Assembly (NCBI RefSeq): GCF_001194135.2
Contig: NC_068995.1
Location: 32,889,974 to 32,953,973 of the forward strand
DNA: 64,000 nt
Reading direction: 5' to 3'
DNA from: Octopus bimaculoides
Taxonomy: Eukaryota
Position 1 is the first letter of the stretch, and the number at the start of each line of letters is the position of its first letter. The notes under the pieces are model-generated. The model was not told the origin of the DNA. It did not search any database and saw only the letters and a list, made by a program, of their open reading frames with translations. Made by a program: the position numbers and the translations under genes. Of this stretch, positions 41,101-51,700 are shown piece after piece.

Positions 41101-44100
41101 AAGGTGCCATGCTGTGAAACTGAACTCAGAACCATGTGGTTGGAAAGCAAGTGTCTTACCACAGCCATTCCTGCAAGTATGTGGGACATTTTATATTGGA
41201 ATGGTTTGTTTTCTATATTAAAGTGTTTGTGTGTGAGAGAGAGCGAGCGAGTGAGTGGTGTGTGTTCCAAACTTATCTATAAGATATTTTGTGATAACTT
41301 GAGACTGATTTTATACTGTTTTTCTTTTTCACTCCAGGACTCAGGAAGGAGTTACTCCATTACATATTGCTGCTACCTGGGGGAACACAGACACACTTAA
41401 ACTACTGTTAAAGAATGGTGGAGATATAACTTTACGTGATGTTGTAAGTTTTTTTTTTTACGTAAGGTTTTGTTTACTGGTTTGCTCTTACCATTCACTT
41501 TTACATTGCTGATGAAATTTTTTTAATGACATTTTTCCTTTTCCTCCATTATTTAAAGTCAGAGAGGAGTGGAAGAAGTTGAGGGAGTTGTTACCTTTGT
41601 TGACAACACAGGAAGAACAGATTGCTTAACCCTTCAGCATTTAAACCAACCATATCTGGCCCAAATATTCTTCCCGTTTTATGCTCAAACTGGCCAGATT
41701 TGGCCTCTTACACTGTCCCTACAATGCCATTAATAGTGACTAACTAATTAGTTCTATAGTCATTTCAGTAGAGCGGTGTCCTTACAGCCATAGATAAATC
41801 TGTGGCTCAAAACTGAGCTAATACTCTGATCTTCTTAACGTAGATGAACATTTTGGAATTTTCTTTCTTATTTATAGTAGGCAATTACTCAATAGAAATA
41901 AAGTCTTTACAAAATATATAATTAGCAACAAAGACAATATTAATACTGAGATGTAATATTTATCCCCACTTGAACATAGAGATTCTGTTAGAACAAACTA
42001 TATTGCAGTTGCACTTTGGTGCATTTTGCACCAGAAGCCAATATGAGAGTTTGTCTCAAGGTATATATCGCAGTATAGTTTGTTCTAACAGAACATCCAT
42101 GTTTAAGTGAGGATAAAGGCTTTATAGCCTCTGTGTTTAAGGGAAGGTGCATGGCCAAGTGGTTAGGGTGTTGCGTTCATGATTGCAAGATCATAGTTTC
42201 AATTCCCAGACTGGGCAGTGCATTGTGTTTTTGAACAAAACACTTCAATTCACATTGCTCCCGTTCACTCAGCTGTAAATGAGTAGCCCTGCAATGAACT
42301 GGTATGCTATTCAGGGGGAATGTTTGTGATCTTGACCACTTACACACCATGGAAACTGGGTAACCAGCAGTATGAGACCTGGAGCTTCAAATAGTGCTCA
42401 CTCACTTTATATCTGTACTTATGTATCCTTTTTTTTTTTTTTGAGTTTACACAGAAACAGGGCTCTTTATTCATATATTTGCAAGTAATATGTTCATGGT
42501 TAAAAATTCTATAAACCAAATTCAGTTATTCAAACAGTATTACTGATCTCAACTTTAGAGTAGTTACACCATTTCCATATTGTAAAAGGCAACTAAAAAG
42601 ATTGACAATAAGAAGGCCATCGGATCAAAACACACTACCTCAGAAAAGATATTCAACTGATATCAACATAAAAAAGTAGATAATGCTGATAATACTAGTA
42701 CACTTGTTAGTTTAAATATCTAATACTCTGATATCATCATCACTTTAATGTCCATCTTTCCATGCTGACATGGGTTGGATGGAGTTTATTGAGGCAGATT
42801 TCTATTGCTGGGTCCCTTTCTTGTCACCAACCCTCACCTATTTCCAAATAAGGTAATACTCTCCATGGCCAGACATGTTTCCATGGAAGATTGAGAACAG
42901 AGGACACCACTTGCATGATGGTGACATGCATTTACAACCTTCACAGGTTTTGTCAATGCAAAGAACACTAATGCACATACATACACACATAATATATATG
43001 CCTACATATGCAATGGGCTTCTTTCAGTTTCCATCTACTAAATCCACTTGCAAGGCTTTGGTCAGCCTGGGGCTATAGACACTTGCCCAAGGTGCCATGT
43101 AATGAGACTGAACCTGAGACCATGTCATTGGGGACCAAGCTTCTTACCATACAGCCATGCCTGCACCTACAGATTATTTATTTATTTCTGTTGAATGTTA
43201 TATCAAACGGTTTATTTTTATTTGACTTATAATAATTGCCAGTTTTAACATTTAGAAGAAATTATGACGCATATGCCTTAGCTATGTTTGATGTTTAATT
43301 GAAAAAGTTTCAATATCAAGAATTTTATCTCTTATTTTCATTTTCACATTCTAGGATGGAAACACAGCTTTGGATATGGCTCAGAATTATGCACATGAAG
43401 ATTGTATCAAAATCTTGCAAAGACATTCCCAGAAGTTGAAATCCAAGTTAGATGCTCACATGAGACAATTAAAACGAAGCCGTTCACTAAGTAAGTAAAT
43501 GTCTTCTTTAGCTCTTTAGCATTTAAGCTGGCCATATCCAGCCCAAGTATTTTACCTGTTTTATGCTTGAACTGGCTAGATCCAGCTTCTAGCACATCCT
43601 ACAATGTCATTTTGGACACTGGGCCTCACTAAGGAAATGACAAGGGACCTGAAGATGTGGCGATTTTCTGTACTTGATAAGACGTATCAGGCTCAGTAAA
43701 ATTGCTGCCTTCCACACATACAGGCTTGTCCTTTCAGGTGCCGGTGCCACATACAAAGCACCAGTGCCAGTGCTGTGTAGTGGTTGGTATTAGGAAGGGC
43801 ATCCAGCCATAGAAACCATGCCACAACAGACAACTGGAGTCTGGACAGTTCCCAGCTGGTCAACTCCATGGTAAATGTGTCCAACCCATGCCAACATTGA
43901 AAACAGACATTAAACAATGATGATGATGACATCATCAAATCTTGAATCTGTGACATAATGCATGATTAATTCAAAACATTGTGAATAAATAGGCATTTGA
44001 CAGAGTAATCTAAATGCTAAAGAGATAAAATTGACTGGATATCTGTGATTCAGTTATTGATTGACTAGAATCTGGCCTCTAGACTGGTTCAAGATATGCA

Positions 44101-44838
44101 AGTTGAATTGCTGTGTAGCTTTAGACGAGCCACATTTTTCTGTTACTCTTTTAGTGGTTTCAGTCATTAAACTGCACCCATACTACAACATCACCTTCAA
44201 GGATTTTTAGTCACTCATATAGAGCCTGGTACTTGTTTCATTTCTGTACTTGATTTCTTTGTATCTATTAAATTGTTTCGTCTTGTTTTGATGTGTTTTT
44301 ATGTTGCACCAGTACAAGTGAGGTCACTATGCTACTTGCAAGACTCAAGATCCTCTTCAACCTAGTAGGTTTCAGTAGAGTAGGAGTCGGTTTTATGGTA
44401 GGAGATGAATGGGTGGATGGTGGCAGTGGTGGTGGTGGTGTGTGTGTGGGGGGTTAGGTGTGAGATAACGGACCAGAACAGAATGGGTTTGTTGCAGAAC
44501 AGAATGGGTTTGTTGTAGAAGAGTTACACAGTTACTCACATTACAGAAGAGAGGGTAGGAGTTGCTGGGTTGGAGCTGGAAGGAGATACAAATACTGGCG
44601 ATGGGGTGTCAGAGTGGACCCTCAAGGTATGGAGTGAGTTGAAGTGAGTGGGGACAGGAGAAAAGGGTGATTGAGTGGGTAGAGGTTGCAGTAGTTTATG
44701 GGGAGAGTGAGGGATGGTTAGAGATGTGGAATGAACATGTGTTGAAGGATGATCTGTAGGGAGAAGTAGATGAACTCACATGTAGAATATGGCAGTGATA
44801 GAGTGAACATGTGAGAAAGAAAAAAACCCATAGCAATA

Positions 44839-44875
<37 letters not shown>

Positions 44876-45269
44876 TACAGGCATGGCCATGCGGTAAGAA
44901 GCTTGCTTCCCAACCACATGATTATGGATTCAGTTCCACTGCATGGCACCTTGGGCAAGTGTCTTCTACTTTAGCCTAAAGCCCACCAAAGTCTTGTGAA
45001 TGGATTTGGTAGACAAACGGAATGAAACCCACTGTATTTATATATGTATGTGTGTGTGTTTTTGTGCCTGTATTTGTCCCCCCATCACTGCTTGACAACT
45101 GGTGTGTTTATGTCCCTGTAACTTAGTAGTCTGGCAAAAAAAGGCCGATAAAATAAGTACTAGGCTTAAAAAATAAATCCTGGAGTCAACTTGTTTGACT
45201 AAATCCCTTTGAGGCAGTGCTCCAGCATGGCCTGTCAGATGACTGAAACAAGTAAAGAAATGAAAGAGA

Positions 45270-45305
<36 letters not shown>

Positions 45306-45688
45306 CGTCGTGGCACTCTGTTGGTTATGATAACGAAGGTTCCAGTTGATCCAATCAACGGAACAGCCGGCTCATGAAATTAACAGGCAAGTGGCTGAGC
45401 ACTCCACAGACATGTGTACCTGTAACATAGTTCTCAGGGAGATTCAGAGTGACACAGAGTTTGACAAAGCTGGCCCTTTGGAATACAGGTACAACAGAAA
45501 CAGGAAGAAAGAGTGAGAGAAAGTTGTGGTGAAAGAGTACAGCAGGGTTCACCATCACCCTCTGCCGGAGCCTTGTGGGGCTTTAGGTATTTTTGCTCAA
45601 TAAACACTCACGATGCTCAGTCTAGCAATCGAAACCGCGATCCTATGACCACGAGTCCACTGCCCTAACCACTGGGCCATTGCATCTC

Positions 45689-45719
<31 letters not shown>

Positions 45720-48700
45720 TATATATGAGAGAGAGAGAGAGAGAAAACTGGGAAAGAAAGGGAGACAAGAAATCTTCAATGAAGAGCAAAACTTTCTCCA
45801 ATATGTGTGTGTGTTTGTATGTGACATCTTCATCATTATCGTTTTGTCTACTTTGCATGCACCCGACCCACTCTGTGAAGTGTGAAGTTGTGGGAAAGGG
45901 CTACTGAATGAAAACTAACACCTCAATAGAGAAAATCATCATCCATCTCATGAAAACATTGGTAGAGATTAAGTGAATGAACCAACATGCATAACATAAA
46001 TGTATATATGTCTACCTAGCTATCAATTTGTAAAGGTCTGAGTGTTTATGTCTTTGTATTTATACTTTATCTAACTACTAATCTATAGATAGACCCACCC
46101 CCACCCCTTAAACAAACAAATATTTTTATAAAAGGAAAAATAAGCACAGATAAATCAACTGAATAAGAACATTGGAAAATTGCAAGCAGGGAGACAACTC
46201 TTCCTCTCATGTGTTGTTGACTGAGAGTCGTAGTTTCAGTAACGTGTGTGTGTGAATGCGAAGACATACATTGTGGACTCTCTAAATTGTAGACGATAGA
46301 TGAGGGTTCTGCAGATTTTTGCTGAGCAATCTTTCACAGATAATTCGTTTTTTAGCTTACTCCTTCCATCAAATCAATATTGCTTGTACAGTTGCATTTT
46401 GTGCCACATATTAGATGTTGAAGTGATGGCAGAGCAATGTAATGTAATGTGAAGTGTTTTACTCAAGAACACAATGCATCACCCAGTCCAGGAATCGAGA
46501 CTAAGATCTAACAATCATGAATGCAACACTCTAACCACTAGGCCATGTGCCCTCACTTTGTATGTAGACATACACATATGGTAATATACATATATTAATC
46601 TGTACATATATATACATATATTTATATTAACCTAATTGGGCTTTGTAATTGTGGAAACTGTGACACTGGTAATAGATCATAATTAGCAAGTGACAATGGT
46701 GGTGATTAAGAATCTGTTTCATGCAGCAACTAGTCAGTAAATTCATCTGTGTACTTAGCAATGACACTCGACAGTCCTATGCTGTTCCTTTGACTTTTAC
46801 ATATTTTAATCAAGTATGTCATTCAGCCAAATTTCTTCATAATTTTCACAAATACATTTACTTTCATTTCAATTATCCCTACTAAATACTGATCATCCAA
46901 ATGAATAACTTATTGATAATATGTAAAATCATCAATTATATTTCTTTGTAATAAACAATTTATTATTTTGTTTTTTAGATGAGAAGACAAAACCCACATC
47001 CTCAAGATATGTGCACCAAATGCCATCTGAGAGCTTCAATGCCAGCCAATATGTAACTGCTGATAGTGATCCTGAAGAATATGAATCTCTGGAAATGTCA
47101 AAGTCTAAACCTTCATTTTCCATCCTCAAAAGGACTCAGAATGGTCTGGTTCATCATAGTAAAGACAAACAGTTTGACATGAGGAAATCTGTTTCAACAG
47201 AATCTTATGAGGAGAAATACATCAGCAAAAACACTGGATATCAATCCTCTAACCGACCGATACCTGCTCTTCGTAGGCGCACTGGCAACATTGCAAATCT
47301 GCCAGAGAAATTTAAGGATACTGAGATTAAAAGTAAGAAAGAATCAGAAGTTAGTTCTGAAATGTTTCTGACTCCTGCAGCCTCAAGCCCACGGAGACAT
47401 CGTCATCGACCAAGTCGGCGTTATCATTCTGATGATGATTCTCCAAATGTTAGCTCTTTGGAGCAGATTTCTAGTAGTGAGGAAGAATTCATTAGTTCAA
47501 CTAATACTACAACAGATTCCGATCTATATATTACTGTTAATGAAACACCACAGAAACCAGTATTTCCACGTATTGATCCAGATTTGTCCATTGACTTACA
47601 AAAAAAAATGGAAAAATTGCAATCATTGAAAATTCCAATTGCTCATAAAATTGAACAGCTTCGTAATTGCCTGAACAAACTGGAAAACAATCAGTTATCA
47701 GCTTCTCTGGAACAGATTCTTCATGAAAGTCTTATAAATGAAAGCAAGCCCATTAGTGTACCCATTGTTCGAGAAAGTTATCCTCCAACTCACAGCCGTT
47801 TATGGAATGGTCGACATAGAGAAGGCAGAACACAGCCTACACATTCAGTCCATAAAAAATCAAGTCCAAATAATGTTGATATAAAACTAAGCATGGATAT
47901 TCCTTCAGGAAAGATTTACGTGAATGAAAGGAACATCAAGAAATCAAAACATCGTGGTCACCAAACATATGAAATTCACCTGGATTCCAGTGAATCAACA
48001 GAGAAAAGCAGTAACAGATCAAAAGATGATTCAGTTATTGATATTAAACTGAAACCAAAAAAGAAATCCCACAAGAAAATTTATGTCGTGAATCCACCTC
48101 ATGGCTCAGAGTTTCCTACAAAATATGAAAAGTTTGAATATTTAAACAGTGAGTACAATGATAAAAGTAAATTAGTATGTAATGAACCATCTTATAAAGG
48201 ACCATACCCTAACGTAACAGAAAACAACCACAACAGAAATAATCCCAAGTTTTATAATCATGCTGCTGGTCACACTGAATATTTGTCCCAACAAACCAAT
48301 CAGAATGGCTGGGGTAGAGGACAGTATATTGATGAGAGGTGTGATAGAATAGTAGCAAATACAACTAGTTCTGTGTATCAAAAAATACCGAGAAGTAATG
48401 CTGAAAAAACCTCCTGTAATAAAGAAAAACAGCGGCAAGAGCCAAGCAGAATGAGAGAAAGTGGTCATCCTTCTGGCCATTTATATCCCAAACTGACCAC
48501 ATTAACAGATAATGATGATGAGTCTTGTGAAAATCGAAATGATGTGCGGTGTGTTCAAATACCATCAAGGTTGCAACATCAACAACAAAATGCGCATTTA
48601 AGAACAGTTTCTGGAAGAGATCATCTTGACGGTGCAATAGAAGAGACTATTGTAAAGCAAGTATTTCGACCACCCTGCTCTAAATCACAGGCTGTTCTAT

Positions 48701-51700
48701 CTAAAAGAACTCAAGAGTTCAGAAAACCAGATTCACAGGTTCTTACTCATGCAGAAGTTCACCAAGAGGAAGAACCATCTCGAAATAAAATTTCAACCAG
48801 GAACAAAAATTTTCGGTTTGGGGGGCGTGTCATACAGAAGCCATGTCACAAAGATATTGCAGCTAAAACAACAGTGCCCATGGTGATGAACACGCCCCTT
48901 AATCCTCAAATTGCTCGTTGTAAGTTATATGAGACTGAAAGTGCAGTGCAAAATATGGATGTTAAACGGACTGAGTCAGATGTGAGTTGTGCTACTACAG
49001 ATACCTATGTTACATGTAGAACAATAGGCAGTGAAAATAGTGAAGAGTTCTTTTCTTGTGATGATGGAACCAATGAAAGTGCTCTTGAAAGTAAATTTGA
49101 AAGTATTCTACATTCTTTCAGTAGCTATCTGAAAAAACAACTTGAACAATCTAATAGTCAAGAATCCAGCAATTTTCAAGATTTTCAATTCAATACTGAT
49201 GAATTATCAAAAGCCATGTTAGAGCTGAATCTGAAAGAAGGAAATGATTCTTCCATTGATGCAGAAGCATATATGAGTATGTTGTCACGAATTGAAGATC
49301 AGATAATTACTGAGCCACAACGGAATGGTCAAGAATCAATTTCTCTCTATACAAGCCATTTTAAGAGTGTAAATACACCTGAAAACTCGTGCTACATAAG
49401 TACAAGTGAACAATGCCAACCAGTAAACTCACAACAGGTAGTTCATCGTCAGTCAGTGTCACCTGAATTGAAATGTTATGAACCAAAAGAGAGTAAATAT
49501 AACAGTGCTCTGTTGCCTCGGGAAAGTGATGAAGATTCTCTCTACCTTGTTTGCAATCCAAATAATTCCAGTGCTGCTCAGTTTCAATCATTTGATGAAC
49601 CCGACTGTAAACATTTAGTGCCAAAACCTCCAAAACTACTTCCTAAATTACAGCAGAAGAAATATTCAGCAAATAGAGATAGAGATTCTAATGAGACTGA
49701 AAAGACAAGGGGTTCTCATTCATCACAATTTTCACAAGTAATGTCTGAACTGCAGGGTAAATTCCAACAGAAAGCAGCACAGCCAAACACATCTGTTTAT
49801 CGGTGGCAACCACCAGACTATATTCTGAAATCTAAACCCAGCTGTTCTGCTAACAAAGCAGTTGGAAGTACCATTAGCTCAAGTGCTCATCAAGAAAATC
49901 TTAAAAGAAATGTTGGTTTAGAATTGAAAAATCACCCCCTTGTCAAAAAATTTAATCGGTTAGATGATGGTGAACTTTCATTAAGTTGTGTTGAAAACTC
50001 ATGTCATTTTTATTCATGTGAAACTTCGGGTAATGCTAATTGTAGTAACATAGTCAGTGAACCCATTGTTACTAAGTCTAATGATGTGCCACCTAAGATT
50101 GAGAGAACCGCTTCTCGGTCACACTTTGTGTCATTTGAAGAGAAAAAAAAACTTCATTGTAAACCAAGTCGCAAGCAAGAAAGACTTGTTGATCTTCACT
50201 CTTACTATACATCAGTCCAAGAAGAAGATGGACTTGATTACTCTCGTTATGTATCAGTTCAAGAAGAAGAAGAAGAAGAAGAAGAAGTTGATTCTCGTTA
50301 TGTGTCTGTCCAAGGTGAAGCTAAACCTGCTGATTCTCAATATTTATCTTTTCAAGAAGATGAAATTCCTAATTCTCGCTATTTATCAGTTCAAGGGGAA
50401 AACCAACCATTTACTTCTCAGTCTCATTATTTGTCTGCAAGGGAGGAAACAGAAGCCTCGTCATCCAAACATCATTCCATGTTAACTCAAAATCAAAATA
50501 AGTCGGTCAATTCCCAGTCACATTTCCTCTCAGCTCAGGAAGATGGTCTTGGTATTTCAAAAATAAACCATATACAGCAGAGAAGAAAGAGAATTCCTCA
50601 AAACAGCCACTCTGGGTGTAAACAGCAGTCTGCTCCTCAAAATGAACCAGTTACATTACAAACCCGATTCACATCACCAACAGATAATTGTGGGGATCAG
50701 TCACATTATGAATCTGTTCAAGGTGGAATGATGTCAATAGAAGGGCAATATTTTTCAACTGTGCAAGATTCTTCTTATAGTTTAAAAGATCAAAATCTGG
50801 ACCAATCTACTGTCCTTGATAAATCTGCTATAAACTCTCAATGGCAATATGTCTCTGCCAGTAGTGGCTTTCATAATCGCTCTGTTACCTGGCAGAATCC
50901 AATCTCTACATATGATGAACCTGATGCAGTTGTTGTTGTGAGTACTGATGATAGTCTTTCATGGAGTCCTGGAAAAGATGGTCATCCACCCCAAATTCCT
51001 CCTTTTACATCCACATCGGCTTCAGAAGATGTTACTTCTGGGTCTACCTCCTCTGATGGTCTTAAAAAATGTCTTGCATCTAAAGAGTTTCTATCTCCTG
51101 AAAAGAGAACAACTATGTGGGTTAATGGACTCTACAAGATTGAGGAATATTTTGACCAAAACATAAGTAGCATAAATCCAGTTACTTCTCAGAGCAGTTC
51201 TTCTGATAATGTAAACAACATGAAAAAAATTGCTGCTAATGCAAATAGGCCACAACCGTCAGCACCACCTAAGTCAGAGGTGTTTAGTGAGTTTACAACA
51301 GCCCATAGTGACTTTAATGCCATTACAGATATTTCTACTGTTGCTGTTGCTGGAACTACTGGTGATAAAAGTGATCCTTTGACTCCATCATCTCGAAGTC
51401 CTCAACGTCCTACTTTGTATCCATCCCTTCATGATCCTCTTCCTAATCCTGCTTCAAGTCCCACGCCAGAAGGTAAGGAACCAATGATTAAAAATAGATT
51501 GGCCAATGATGCTTCTATTCATGTGTCTTCTGATGAAAGGCAAAAAGATAATGATGGGTCATCAGCAAACTTAATTAATAATGTTAATGATAATGACCAG
51601 ATTGGTTTTGTAAGAAATAAGACAGCAATGTGTGCAATTAATGTCCTTCCATCAGTTAGTTCAAAAGGATTAGAACAGGAATTGCCAAATATTAAACAGG

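Noticed and set aside
44330-44800. Purine/G-rich stretch that might be a decayed LINE 3' region or G-quadruplex cluster
   Set aside because: No convincing protein motif or regular G-tract spacing could be established by eye.
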